The notes: generated by a model from the letters alone, not told the origin. Shown: positions 14,632-29,525, numbered from the stretch's first letter. The stretch is DNA of 64,000 nt from Octopus vulgaris (GCA_951406725.2 OX597831.1:19592001-19656000), one strand, 5' to 3'. Numbers and translations: made by a program.

Positions 14632-14902
14632 TCACACATACATATACAAATCTACGCACACACATACATACATACACGTATACACATACACGCACATACA
14701 CATATACATGCGTACCCATACACGTGCACACACGCACGCGCATCCATATATATACACACACACACATATATATACGTGTGCAAGCATACATACATACTCA
14801 TACGCGCACACATACTTACATATACATATATGCACACACTTACACACATATATATACACATATACATGCATACATACATATATGCATACATACACACACG
14901 CA

Positions 14903-14966
<64 letters not shown>

Positions 14967-15214
14967 TACATACATACACACACATATATATACACATATA
15001 TATATATATATATACACCATACACATACATATATACACATATACATACATATACATACACACACACATACATATATACATATACACTGATACACATACCC
15101 ATACATATATATATATATACACACACACACATATATACACATGCATATACTTATATCACTACATACTCACATATATAAACATATATACATATACACACAT
15201 ACATATATACATAT

Positions 15215-15265
<51 letters not shown>

Positions 15266-15449
15266 TATACACATATACATGTATACATACGCAATAATGA
15301 TACACATATATACACATACACACACACAGACAGATGCATTTACATACATATATATATATAAATTACATATCTATATAAATACATACATAATACACATATA
15401 CACACACATATATATACATTCATGCATATACATATACAAGTATACATAC

Positions 15450-15494
<45 letters not shown>

Positions 15495-15892
15495 AATACA
15501 TACATACACACATACACACACACATATATATACATACACACATATACATATATATATATATCAACAAGGGAGGGTAAAGTTAATTAGTTATTAATCAATT
15601 TCATCAAGTGTTCAGTATGTAAAGGGACCATTATTATTTTGAGTAAACAATGTTAGAGGGAAAAATTCTCTAAGTAGTGGAAGAGGCTAAAAACTTTATT
15701 GGCTGCTATTTCTAGAAAGTTTAGTATGTGGCAAAGTAATTTATTTTATTTTACTAAGCCCTAATTATATAATATTTTATACATACATACACATACATAA
15801 ACACATACATTTACACATACATATGCATATACATATATACACATATACATACAAACACATGTACACATATACACACACACACACATACAAGC

Positions 15893-15934
<42 letters not shown>

Positions 15935-16131
15935 TATACATATATATTTTTACATGCATATATACACACACACACACACATACATGTGTATATTCCTACT
16001 GTACCCATGCATTTCTATACATATATACATATATATATGTATAGAAATGCATGGGTACAGTAGGAATATACGCATGTATTATGTGTGTGTGTGTGTATGT
16101 ATGCATGTAAAAATATATATGTATATATATT

Positions 16132-16174
<43 letters not shown>

Positions 16175-16818
16175 GCTTGTATGTGTGTGTGTGTGTATAT
16201 GTGTACATGTGTTTGTATGTATATGTGTATATATGTATATGCATATGTATGTGTAAATGTATGTGTTTATGTATGTGTATGTATGTATAAAATATTATAT
16301 AATTAGGGCTTAGTAAAATAAAATAAATTACTTTGCCACATACTAAACTTTCTAGAAATAGCAGCCAATAAAGTTTTTAGCCTCTTCCACTACTTAGAGA
16401 ATTTTTTCCCTCTAACATTGTTTACTCAAAATAATAATGGTCCCTTTACATACTGAACACTTGATGAAATTGATTAATAACTAATTAACTTTACCCTCCC
16501 TTGTTGATATATATATATATATGTATATGTGTACATGTATGTATATATATGTGTGTGTGTATGTGTGTATGTATGTATTTGTATATGTGTGTGTGTATAT
16601 GTATGTGTGCGCGTGTGTGTGTATGTATGTGTATGTATACTTGTATATGTATATGCATGAATGTATATATATGTGTGTGTATATGTGTATTATGTATGTA
16701 TTTATATAGATATATAATTTATATATATATATGTATGTAAATGCATCTGTCTGTGTGTGTGTATGTGTATATATGTGTATCATTATTGCGTATGTATACA
16801 TGTATATGTGTATATGTA

Positions 16819-16858
<40 letters not shown>

Positions 16859-16986
16859 GGTATATATATATGTATATATATATATGCATACGTATGTGTA
16901 TGTACATGTATATATGTATGTGTGTATATGTATATATGTTTATATATGTGAGTATGTAGTGATATAAGTATATGCATGTGTATATA

Positions 16987-17017
<31 letters not shown>

Positions 17018-17178
17018 GTATGGGTATGTGTATCAGTGTATATGTATATATGTATGTGTGTGTGTGTGTATATGTATGTATATGTGTATATATGTATGTG
17101 TATGGGTGTATATATATATATATATATATGTGTATATATGTGTATGTATGTGTATGTGTATGTATGTGTATTTCTGTG

Positions 17179-17217
<39 letters not shown>

Positions 17218-17497
17218 GAGTGCGTGTGTGTATGTATGCATATATGTATGTATGCATGTATATGTGTATGTATATATATGTGTGTAAGTGTGTGCATATA
17301 TGTATATGTAAGTATGTGTGCGCGTATGAGTATGTATGTATGCTTGCACACGTGTATATATATGTGTGTGTGTGTATATATATGGATGCGCGTGCGTGTG
17401 TGCACGTGTATGGGTACGCATGTATATGTGTATGTGCGTGTATGTGTATACGTGTATGTATGTATGTGTGTGCGTAGATTTGTATATGTATGTGTGA

Positions 17498-17534
<37 letters not shown>

Positions 17535-17702
17535 TGGGTGTGTGTATGCGTATAAATGCATGTAAGTATGGATGTATGGATGTATGTATGTATGTATACG
17601 TATGTATGTGTGTATGTGTGTATGTATATATATGTGTGTATATATGTTTGTGTATGTATATATATGTGTATGTATGTGTGTGTATATGTATGTGTGTATG
17701 TG

Positions 17703-17767
<65 letters not shown>

Positions 17768-18154
17768 CTGTATGTAGGAGTATATATATGTGTGTGTGTA
17801 TGTATATGTGTGTATATATATATATATATGTATATTTATTGGTGTATATGTATAGACTAGCCTCCTAAAGTGTAGACACGAATCTGTAGGTACGAGTACG
17901 TATGTGTATATACGTGAACGTATGTAGATGTTTGTATGTATGAATATAACGCGTGCGTACGTGTATGTGTATGAGTGTACGAATGGGTGAATGTACGTGC
18001 TAATGAGTGTGCGTGCGGGAATGAGTACTTGCCTTCTAGTAGACAGACAAATGGACATGCAGCCATAGCCAGGATTCTTAGATCTAGCGATCAAAGATAA
18101 CAAAAGTATAAATGAAGATAATAAAATTAAAATTAGGGAATGGGCCTGTATTGG

Positions 18155-18189
<35 letters not shown>

Positions 18190-18635
18190 ATGTATGTATG
18201 TGTGTATGTGTAGGTATGTATAGGTACACATGTGTATGTGTATGTGTATGTATATGTGTGTATGTATGTATGTGCACACATGTATATATATGTATGCGTG
18301 TATATGTATATATATATATATATATACATATATGTACATAGGTGTATGTGGGTGTATGTATATATAGGTGTAAATATGTGTATATAGGGAACTAGGTGTG
18401 TTGTGTGTGCATGAGTGTATGTGCGTATGAATATATATTTTTCTGTGTATATATGTATGTGTGGTCGTGGGTATATATATATATATACATGTGTGTATGC
18501 GTGCATGCATGGGAGTGAGTGTATGCATATATACGTGTGTGTATGTGTAGACAGGTATAGGCATGTGCATGTGTATAAATTTGTATATGTGGGCGGGTGT
18601 ATGTATGTGTGTATGTAGATAGGTATGTATGTGTG

Positions 18636-18687
<52 letters not shown>

Positions 18688-19004
18688 GTGTATATATATA
18701 TGTGTATGTATGTGTGTGTAGATACGTATACATGTGTGTATAGGTATAAGTGAGAATCTCCTTATTTACCTATAACTCTATCCCCCCTTTTTTTATATAT
18801 ATATTTTTATATATATATTTTTTATATATATTTTTTATTTTTTTATTTTTTTATTTATCTATTCTTTCATCTAACTTACCACTGACTCCTTGACCACTCC
18901 CCCAAGTATGATATTTTGCGCTATGCCTACCCCCAAAAAGTCCCCCACCACCACTCCTTTAAACCTGCCTAAATGTATAAATGCTAATACAATTCTTGTT
19001 AAAT

Positions 19005-19055
19005 AGCTTCCTGAAGATTTCTCTTGAATGAAACAGTACTAGTCCTGTAGAAGCT
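19005..19055 (+). ncRNA. Type I hammerhead ribozyme, canonical core
   Basis: AGCTTC-CTGAAGA-tTTC-tctt-GAAt-GAA-ACAG-tactagtc-CTGT-A-GAAGCT; 6-bp stem I, 4-bp stem III, GTA triplet with predicted cut after 19049. Confidence 0.88.
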
Positions 19056-19138
19056 CCTTCTATATAATAAATTAATTTTACTCTGCTATGTATTGAGTAC
19101 CTTACTTACTGTGGTTAACCCCGAATCAACCCGGGACC

Positions 19139-19173
<35 letters not shown>

Positions 19174-19589
19174 TTGTGTGTGTGAGTGTGTGTGTGTGTG
19201 TGTGTCTATGTGTTTTATATATGTGTGTATATATGAATGCATGCATATATATTTATTTCTTTATTGCCCGCAGGGGGCTAAACATTCAGGGAACAAACAA
19301 GAACAGAGAAAGGGATTAAGTCGATTACATCGACCCCAGTGCGTAACTGGTAATTATTTAACCGACCCCGAAAGAATGAAAGGCAAAGTCAATCTCAGCG
19401 AAATTTGAAATCGGAACGTAAAGACAGACGAAATACCGCTACGCATCTCGCCCGGCGTGCTAACGTCTCTACCAGCTCGCCGCTTTATGTATGCATATAT
19501 TCCAACCGATCACCGAGAAATATGCTTCACAAATTCTTGATTTGCGAGAAACAGAAGTAAAAGATAAAAATTCAGCTCAGCAGATACAG

Positions 19590-20270
19590 CTTATCTAAAA
19601 CCTGACGATAAATACCCCCTCCTCTGCTGTTCTGATCTCGTCTACAGAGTTCATGTTTTTTCCGACCAAATGATTTTGAAGTCTGCGGAATAAATGATAA
19701 TCAAATGGGGTAATATTCGTCGAATATGATGGGTGGGGCATCATTTTCCATTCAAACTGCTCCAGCCTTTGGAATGTCATCTTTGCTGTATGTGCTCGAG
19801 GATTATTGAAACTAAAGATGGTCGTTTTTCATCTAGCGTTACGATGGTATTTTGTTCCACCAGGGTCTACAGGACATCCTCATCGAGCTCTACAGATCTT
19901 CTGGGACGAAGTTTATATGCTAGGCTGTAGTTTCCAGCTGAGAATTTCTGGAACCACCTTTGACACTGGTTTATGCTTATTGCCTGATCCCCATATACTG
20001 CATTGATATTCCTTGCACGTTCCATTCTGTTGTTGCCTTTATTGAACTCATAAAACAGAATAAGCCGAATATGCTCCATTGTTACTTTCATTATAGCTTT
20101 GAAAAAAATGACTGTTAAAATCGAACTTCAAAACTTGCACTAACAATAAAGGACATGTTAGAATTACTACCTATTTTCATAAGAAGTTGATGCAGGTAGT
20201 TTATCATGTCCTCCTCCGACTTTTAGTTCATGTAATTAAAAAAACCGCATTACTTATGGGGTGGCTCAAT
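19590..20270 (-). mobile_element. Mariner transposon relic (internally deleted)
   Basis: HTH region HIRLILFYEF.KG...ARNINAVYG...QRWFQKF..G; degenerate YSPDLAP-like HPSYSTNITPFDYHLFRRLQNHL; TIR-like end at ~20235-20270. Confidence 0.9.
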
Positions 20271-20290
20271 ATAGATAGATAGATAGATAT

Positions 20291-20345
<55 letters not shown>

Positions 20346-20346
20346 T

Positions 20347-20424
<78 letters not shown>

Positions 20425-20764
20425 GATAAGCACCTTCCTTTATTATAGTACAGATGTCACTAATTCGAAAAATCATTACTGTCATTATTCACACATCGTC
20501 GCTCTCGTAATGCAACACTTTGTAATACTGGTTCAAATTTAAAGTGTGAAACCATTTTCACTTTCTAATGAAATTTGCTCGTTGTAGAGTAAGTGTCTTT
20601 CAAATAACTAAAGCTGGTTGTCCAGATTACGTAGAAAATATGTAAATGATTATAACATTTATCACCCATAGTGTAGGACTTAATATGCGTATGTTCTGAA
20701 CGAAGCGATACTTGAGTACAGAGTAGTAATAAAAAGGTATAAAGATTATCTTCTTATCTTTATT

Positions 20765-20940
20765 AGCTCCACGGCTGTTTCTGCTATGAGATGCATTGGA
20801 CTCTTATTTGAATGCTTGATTAACACCGAATATCTTCTTCAGAGCATCGAAGATGAAGTGCAGTCGCTGATGAAGCTGTAAGAGGCTTCTCAAGCACTAA
20901 AATATGAGTCCACAGCATCTCATAGCAGAAACGGCTCCAA
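20765..20940. mobile_element. Old, short inverted repeat with degenerate outward-facing hammerhead-like motifs
   Basis: Arms ctgtttctgctatgagatgc...gcttga and tcaagc...gcatctcatagcagaaacgg; + strand CTGATGA(20867)...GAAAC; - strand CTGAAGA(20842)...GAAACagccGT. Confidence 0.5.
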
Positions 20941-21047
20941 TCTAATGAAGCTCATAAGAAAAGCATTTATTCATTTGCCATATTATTTTTCGGATATGTA
21001 TGTGTGTGTGTATATATATATATATAGAGAGAGAGAGAGGGGGGAGA

Positions 21048-21340
21048 GGACTCCGTCGGTTGCGACGACGAGGGTCCCAGCTGATATGATCAACGGAACA
21101 GCTTTGCTAGTGAAATTAAGGTGCAAGTGGCTGAGCACTCCACAGCCACGTGTACCCATAACGTAGTTCTCGGGGAGATTCAGCGTGACACAGAGTGTGT
21201 CAATGCTGACCCTTTGAAATACAGGTACTACTAAAATTTGCCACCTGAGTGGACTGCAGCTCAAGGACACAACGCGCCGCCGGGAATTGAACTCACAACC
21301 TTACGATCCTTAGCCGAATGTCCTTAAACACTAAGCCACA
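21048..21340 (-). mobile_element. tRNA-derived SINE, same subfamily as 42765-43040
   Basis: Reverse-complement homology of head and tail. Confidence 0.78.
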
Positions 21341-22252
21341 ATAATAATAATAATAATAATAATGGTAATCGTAATAAATAATAATAAACATACATACGTA
21401 AACATATACATTCATATATGTGTGTGTGTGAGAGAGAGAGAGTTTGTGTGTATGCATGTATATATATATGAACGTATGTATGTATGTATGTTAAGAGAGA
21501 AAGACGAGAGGAGAAAGATAAGGAAAGAGAAAGGGAGAAATCTTCACCGTAGTATTCCGAACCGACAGTAAGACGATTATCACCGAAGTCCCTCTTCAAT
21601 GAAAGGAATTGTGCGAAGATAGCAAATATATGCCAAAAGAAATTATCGATTTTATTATGTTGCCATACAAATGGCGTCATTGGTCGGGTGATTTGAGTGT
21701 GAAATTTGCACCACGATGTAATAAAGTTGCCGAAACGAACTCTAAAACACTCTTGACGTCATATTGATGTTTGTATATAATGCCATGTGTGTGTGTGTGC
21801 ATGTGTACGTGTGCGTGCGTGTAATCAGGTGTATGTATACATATATATATATATGTATACACTCATATATGTATATATATACAAACAAATATATGTACAT
21901 GAATACATGCTGATATATATGCTTGTACATGTACATATGTGTGTGTGTGTGTATGTGCATGTGTGTACATACATTACCTGTGTATAATGAATATGTGTAT
22001 TCCATCCCATGGCTGCATGAATAGGCGGATGTATCTATCTATCTACCTATCTATAATAGTTAATGAAGACGATGAAGACGACGACGATGTCGATATCAAC
22101 GACGATGATGATGATGATGAAGAGGGAATACGAATGGATGCTGGAGTCGTTTATGCGTCGTATGTATCGCTTTACGTTACTTGTTCCGTTTCCTATCGGC
22201 AAGCTCAATAAATTAACTGTCAATTAATACTGCCACTGACTACACTGCTTAC

Positions 22253-22315
<63 letters not shown>

Positions 22316-22341
22316 CCCTTTCTCCCTCCTTCTCTTTCTCT

Positions 22342-22401
<60 letters not shown>

Positions 22402-22404
<3 letters not shown>

Positions 22405-23397
22405 AGAATTTCTTATTCAACCCTCCCAAAAATGTCCACTTTAATAGCTAAGATTAATAATAATAACATTAAACTAGCCAGAAAAAATAATACCAATAGG
22501 AATACTAATGACAATTGTAGTAACATTACCGAAAGTAATAATAGCCACAATAATAATAACTATCATAACATAGGTATAACCAATAGCTATGGAATAGCTA
22601 GTAATAATAATAATACAAATAGGAACAATTATGTTAATAATAGGAGTAATACCAATAGGGAAAATACCGGGAATGAAGACAACAATGATATCTATAGTAA
22701 CAGTATACATTTGGAAACTAATACTGGCAATAATAGTAGCAATACCAATAATGTTAGTAATTATGGTAGGACTATAGAATTAAATGATAGTGTAGAAAGA
22801 CCGATAAATGATAATACTGCTTTAGATAACAACATTAACTATAATAACGATAACACTATTTTAGATAGCAGCATTAACTATAATAGCGAAAAATATACTA
22901 ATAATGATTTGAATAGCAGGAATATGAGACATCTATCCTTGAGTAATCCCACATTAGAAAATGATCCCCCTAGGTGTAACTGTAGAATTAGATCAAAATG
23001 CCCGGCACCTGGTCTATGCGGGTTAAATAACGTAATCTATAAATGTACTATAACTACAGAGAATAACAAATTTATTTATTTAGGGTGTACTATAAATTTT
23101 AAAAAACGTCTTAGCAACCATCTCTCTTCTTTCAAATTACGTCATAAAGCTGATAGCACCACACTTTCAAGTAAGATCTGGGAACTCAAAAACAATAATA
23201 TTAAATATAACCTTCTTTGGGAATTAGTTAGAAGAGCGATGCCTTATAAAAATAACGGAGTTGGTTGCCAACTTTGCTCCATGGAAACATTTGAAATACT
23301 AATGCATAGAAGAAATGGTGACTTATTGAATAATCGTATAGAATTGGGTCCATTTTGTATTCACGCTAGAATTAAGACTCTAAAATATTTTAAATGA
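22402..23397 (+). mobile_element. 5'-truncated Penelope-like element ORF: Asn-rich linker followed by a GIY-YIG endonuclease
   Basis: Starts directly after (TA)n with VRISYSTLPKM (RT-EN linker-like). Contains CNCR..CP..G.C, NVIYKC...IYLGCT..FKKR..NH..SF, LS.KIWELK, CQLC..E and LLN.R.E...C.H motifs. No RT domain present. Confidence 0.85.
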
Positions 23398-24499
23398 TAA
23401 CAGTATATAAAAACCATTTTGTGGTTTGTCTATCTTGCTTATTATAATAATAAAGCAATACTCTTATATATTATATATTTTAAATAGATAGCTGCGATCT
23501 CATAAGCTATGGTTATTTTCTCTCTAACTGTACCAGATTTGGAACATAAAGAAATAAATTAGTTGCTAAAAACTTTCATTCTAATAGACTATATAGATAA
23601 TTTAAATTAATTTAATCTAATTTTTTCTAATTTAGGTAAACCAACTTAAAGCAAATAAGTTAATAAAACTTCGTAATTCTTTTATATACTATAAGTAACT
23701 TAAAGCTAATCCCATAGAAATAATATAACGATTTTTCATTATGAAAAACAATACTCTCAATTCTTTCTTTTGACCCCTAAATGTAGTCCCAAAGTCTGCC
23801 AATGTATAAGTAGTAACATTAATAAATAAAGAAATAAATTAAATGACCTCCTTTCTAGTGTTGCACTGAAATCTGTTAATGCTTTTTCCTATTGTGACAA
23901 CCTTTGACCCTTCTTTACCTTCCCATGTCCTCTTTATATAGCAAGTAACAACGGTATTTGGTCAAGAATAGCATTCCTTTTTAAAACTCTTAGATTCTTG
24001 CAAATTCTGATCCAGTCAGTTTGTCTCCACTGAAATAAACTATTCTGCGTAGTTGGATATTTACAACCCCTTCTCCTCTCAGTTACCCCATTATACCCTA
24101 TGTGAGTGATTGTCTCTACGCTCCACTAAATTTCCTTCAACTAATTCTAACATAGCAGTTTTGAGAAATGATCTGAAATGCAACCAGCATACCATCATAC
24201 ATCAGGAAACCCACTTTATTATGGACTAATTATGGATAAATACATCGTCTGTGAGTATGAAATCTCTCCTCATATCTCCAGAATTCAAACCTACTTCATT
24301 AGGGATGGATTTACATTTTCATTTTCTGTGAAACTAAGAGGTTTTTTAAAATACTTCTTTAAGACCTGTTATATGACTTTGCAACATTGAAGAACTTTGG
24401 AAATCCGTTTATTATCTAAATCTGATTTTTATAGAACTATCCCTGATGTTTCAGGAGTGTAGCCTCACCCCCTTAGATGTTTGGAGAATTCAGATGTTT

Positions 24500-24589
24500 T
24501 TTCGTCTGATGAGTACGGGTCACTTGTATTTGCTGCAATACTTGCAGCTTTAATAAAGGTGGTCTTCGTACGAAACAATTGTACCGAAA
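24500..24589 (+). ncRNA. Type I hammerhead ribozyme in a pLTR (24400-24737) downstream of the GIY-YIG ORF
   Basis: tttcgt-CTGATGA-GTACG...CGTAC-GAAAC-AATT-GTA-ccgaaa; palindromic stem III ACAATTGT. Confidence 0.8.
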
Positions 24590-24764
24590 TATTGATCCAT
24601 TTTTGTTGCTTTTTTTCTTGTTTATAATCACCCTGCATTATCTTATGGTTAATACCATATAGATTTCTAGTGCATCTAAGTTAAGTACCGCATTTATGTG
24701 AATTCAACAGAACTCACTTGAATCTTAATTGCTTTTACTATATATATATATATATATTTCATTT

Positions 24765-25130
24765 CTTTCATTTATTTGTTTGTCATTTGACTATGGCCAT
24801 GCTGGAGCACCGCCTTTAGCCGAACAAATCGACCCCAGGACTTATTCTTTATAAGCCTAGTACTTATTCTATCGGTCTCTCTTGCCGAACCTCTAACAAC
24901 CCAGCATTGGTTGGCGAGCGATGTTCGGAGAACAAACACAGACACACAAATATATACATATATATACGACGGGCTTCTTTCAGTTTCCGTCTACGAAATC
25001 TACTCACAAGGCTTTGGTCGGCCCGAAGCTACAGTAGAAGACAGTTGCCCAAGGTGCCACGCAGTAGGATTGAACTCGGAACCATGTGGTTGGTAAGCAA
25101 GCCACTTCCTACACAGCCACTCTTGCGCCT
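24765..25130 (-). mobile_element. SINE family B, full-length
   Basis: Reverse-complement homology to 3892-4303. Confidence 0.85.
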
Positions 25131-25494
25131 ATGCGTACGTTGTATGTATGTATGTATGTATGTATGTATGTATGTATGTATGTATGTATGTATGTATGTA
25201 TGTATGTATGTATGCATATTACCACCGCATCACAACCGTTGTTGGTTGTGTTCTGACCTTGTAACTTAGCAGTTCGGTGTAAGATCCAGTAGAGTAAGTA
25301 CGAAACTTTAACAAAAATAGAGCCGGTATCGATTCGTTTCAATAAAACCCTTCCAGACGGTGCCCCAGCATGGCCGCAGTTCAATGGCTAAAAGAAGTGA
25401 AAGATGAAAGATGACGGAGTGACTCGATTGATAAGGGCTAAATTGAGGTTAAACAACAACCATTTTAAGCGAAAAACATAGAACTAAAGTAAGA

Positions 25495-25868
25495 CATAAC
25501 AAGAGCACTCAGAGAGTGAAAACCTCCGCCAAGGCAACACCAACGTCCTCTCAACGATTAGCCAGTGATGACTTTTAAAATGGGAATATCTGAGATAAAC
25601 TCGATTGCTCTCACAAACGAGACTACAAAAATGAACCTGGCCGCTCTCAAAAATTAAGTTTAAAAAAAGAGGGAACATAATCCATAATCCTTATCTGATA
25701 CTAGATTGATCCCAAAAGTTCGTGCCAGTCACAAGGCCAAACATCCCTGAAAGTTTCATTTGAATCCATCCAGCGGTTCTTGAGATATCTTGTCCACGGT
25801 CAAACAAGCAAACAAACAAACAAACACGACTGCAGACAATACCTCCGCCATTGTGAAGGCGGAGGTAA
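25495..25868. mobile_element. Non-autonomous Helentron/HINE-like element (second copy at 28695-29068)
   Basis: Subterminal acctccgcc repeat and terminal hairpin acctccgcc-attgtgaa-ggcggaggt; the two copies are colinear. Confidence 0.6.
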
Positions 25869-26257
25869 GAAACGTCAAGCATGTAAATTTGACACAGTTT
25901 TGGAAGATGTTAAGTTGTTTTACTTGTCTGTTGCTGAGGTTCGGGTGATTAACGAAAATTTTCATGGCGAAAGGTCATTCTCACCTGTTCTGAATGCTAC
26001 AAAGAGTTCTTCGTTGAACGAAGGACAGAAGGATATAGTTGGTAGAGCAAACAATAAGGACTATCATACTAGAACAGACAATCCAACGGAGGGAAATTTC
26101 AAAGAATTACTCTTAACGAAGATACAGACGGGAAGTTTGGATTGTCCAAAAACTAGGGCGGAAAAACATGTTCAATGTAACGTTCTTAAGGATCGAACAG
26201 TAAATACATATGTAGGCTCACACATCTGTCAGCTTATACACACACTCACACATTCAG

Positions 26258-26298
<41 letters not shown>

Positions 26299-26583
26299 TG
26301 TATGTATTTATCTATGTATTTAATACCAGTATAAGTGTCATATATAAATATAAGCAACTGAAACAATTATTTTGAAGCCCACTTGTGGATTTGGAACATC
26401 AATGAAGTGCAGAGAGAAAAAAACAGAGAGATACAGGGACAAATAGAGACAGGCAGACAAACAGACAGAGGAAGACAGCGAGAGAGAGAGAGACAGACAG
26501 AGAGATAGAGACAAAGAGAGAGAGAGAGAGAAGTGGATTTTACAGCCATACTAAGTAACTGCTCTTATTATTAATCCAAAAAG

Positions 26584-27170
26584 AGGCGGCGAGCTGGCAG
26601 AATCGTTAGGGAACTGGACGAAATGCTTAGCGGTATTTCGCCCGTCACTACATTTTGAGTTCAAGTTCCACCGACATCGACTTTGCCTTTCATCCTTTCA
26701 AGGTCGATTAAATAAGTACCAGTTACGCACTGGGGTCGATATAATCGACTTAATCCGTTTGTTTGTCCTTGTTTGTCCCCTCAGTGTTTAGCCCCTTGTG
26801 GGTAGTAAAGAAATAGGTATTTCGCCCGTCGCTACATTCTGAGTTCACGTTCCACCGATTTTGGGGTCGATAAATTAAGAACCATTTGTGTATTAAGGTC
26901 GATGTAATTGACTAGTTCCCTACCCCAAAATTTCAGGCCTTAATAGAAAGGATTATTAATCCAAAGAAGGGCGGTGAACTCGCAGAATCGTTAACACGTC
27001 GAACTACATGCTAAGCGGTGTTTCAATTCCACCTAGGTCGACTTGGCCTTTCATCCTTTCGGGGTAGACAAATTAAGTACCAGTGAAACACTGAGGTCCA
27101 TGTGATCGATACATCCCCTTCCCCAAAATGGCTGCCCTTGTGGCAAAATTTGAAACGATTATCAATCCAA
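26584..27170 (+). mobile_element. Clustered or nested SINE family C copies. Other copies: 19255-19485(-), 31230-31440(-)
   Basis: ggcggcgagctggcagaa head, gagttcaa B box and gcctttcatcctttc.gggtcgat-aaa-taagtaccag core are repeated. Confidence 0.8.
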
Positions 27171-27664
27171 AAATCATGGAAGACCAAGTGACCTCGACGC
27201 AATTTGAAACCAGAACGCAGTGAACATTAACAATTCGGTCGAATCAAAGCCACAAATGTATAGAACATGTACAGAAACATTTCTATTTATAAATGTACGT
27301 ATTCATTCACGTCTATGTACGGATAATGGTTGATATTTTGTATACACAGAAATATCAATGGACAGGGCTATGTGAGGTGTGTATCAATGTCTTTCTGCAA
27401 ATAACAAAATTAGCATAGAAAATGTATTTTAACACAAGAGTATGTTTGCTCGTATTTGAATGTATACTTCTGTATATTCTCTTTATGTGCGCGATTACAT
27501 ACATGCATATATGATATACGTATTTGTATATATACGTATATATACATGGGGAGAGTGCATACAACATATACATGAATACATGTTACGTGCCTCAGTGTAC
27601 ATGTGTTTGTCGGTGACTGTGTTTGTCTGTGCGTGTGTGTGTAACACAGATTGTACACACACAT

Positions 27665-27710
<46 letters not shown>

Positions 27711-27745
27711 ACATCTGCTTCTGTATACACACATACGTACAGGTG

Positions 27746-27781
<36 letters not shown>

Positions 27782-27973
27782 AGTGTTTTTTGTGTGTGTA
27801 TTTGATTGAATATCTTCATATATGATATTATTGCCTGGTGTCTGGGATCACACATATGTCGCCATTAATGTGGTTAACTTCGTTTATTATATCGATAAAT
27901 TGATCAATAAAAAGAATCAATCGCCTTTCGTCCACGTCCCAAGTGAAATATTTTGTTTACCTACTTTTTTTGA

Positions 27974-28097
<124 letters not shown>

Positions 28098-28694
28098 ATG
28101 TATATGTATATATATATATGTATGTATATGTACATGTATGTGTATATATATGTTCAATTTTTTATATTCTTTTTGTTGTTGTTCGCCCTTTTCGTCACCT
28201 ACTCCTCATCTTCTTTCATCCTGATGTGTATCTATCAGGCAGTTATCTGATTATTCTTTGAAAGAAGCCAGACCACTTTTTTGTACTGTTTGGATATTTC
28301 AACAAACTTACTTACGACATTCTGTTTGCCATATTTTCATTGTGAGAAAAAAAAGGTGTGTGTGCGTGCCTCTGTATGCGCGCGCGCGTGTGTGTGTGTG
28401 TGTGTTTGTTTTGTGTGTGTGTTAGGTATGTTTAATTGCGTTTGCGCGCGTGTTCCTTTCCAGAACTTTCTTGGTTTTCCTTTCAGCGCAAAATAACGAG
28501 CACGTGATCGATAAGCATCTTGCAGATATTCGCTCGTGATTTAGACAATGTACCGAGTATTTTGTGACCGAGTGTTTTTTTCCGTGTAGTAAGTATTTTA
28601 TGGGTAATCTTAGTTACAATCATTCCATACGTAATAATACAGGCTATGAGAGGTCATTTCCTTTTGTACTGTAATAATAATAATGATAATAATA

Positions 28695-29068
28695 ACAACA
28701 AGAGCCCTCACAGAGCACAAACCACCGCCAAGCCAACACCAACGTTCTCTCAACAATTAGCCAGAGATACCTTTTTAAATGAGAATATCTGAGATATACT
28801 CGATGGCTCTCACAAAAGAGAATATTAAAAATGAACCCGACCGCTCTCAAAAATTAAGCAAGAAAAACAAGAAAAATAATCCAGAATCCTTGTCCGGAAC
28901 CGGATCGATCCCAAAATCTAATCAGTTCGTGCCAGTTACCAGGACAAATATCCCTGAAAGTTTCATCTGAATCCATCCAGCAGTCCTTGAGATATCTTGT
29001 CCACAGACAAACAGACAAACAAACACGACTGAAAACAATACCTCCGCTTTCGCTTAGGCGGGGGTAAT
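28695..29068. mobile_element. Non-autonomous Helentron/HINE-like element
   Basis: Colinear with 25495-25868; terminal hairpin acctccgct..ggcgggggt. Confidence 0.6.
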
Positions 29069-29484
29069 AATAATAAATACCCTGTTGCAGCACCGGGCAC
29101 TGGCTCTCATGGCTTCCAATCTTAACTGATTGGAAGTGATATCATGTACATTGTTTTCTCTTAGTATAAAAGATGGGCTACAGCAAATATTCTGCTCAAT
29201 ACCACAGATTTGCTTGTCAGTTGTTTGACCTCAATCAGCCTCCCTTCTTAGCTCTCACCTATATCAGGGCATTCCTTTCTAGTTTTTAAACTTTTGCCCG
29301 TTTTTCTCCTTCTTATTGAAAAGTCCTCTTTCTCATTCGGTCTATGTTTTCATTTCTTCTGATGAAAAACTAACATCCGAAACATCAAGTCGCTTTCTAT
29401 TCCCATTAAAACTATAGCTAATAGTGTACTTACTGTTCTTTGCTTGTTCTGGGTTTTTTATATTTTTTATTGTTAATTGTATTT

Positions 29485-29525
<41 letters not shown>

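Larger units (their letters stand above)
13086..19140. mobile_element. ~6 kb near-perfect inverted duplication (centre ~16030) with outward-facing terminal hammerheads; probable non-autonomous Penelope-like insertion
   Basis: Unique blocks are mirrored: 13086-13420/18735-19070, 13995-14300/17850-18160, 15560-15780/16285-16505. Arms differ in microsatellite lengths and a few SNPs. The right arm has an extra 3' tail (19071-19140). (TA)n on both flanks. Confidence 0.85.

Noticed and set aside
13424-18733. Long (up to 414 aa) His/Thr/Tyr/Ile- or Cys/Val-rich ORFs
   Set aside because: They are translations of stop-free (CA/TA)n repeats.
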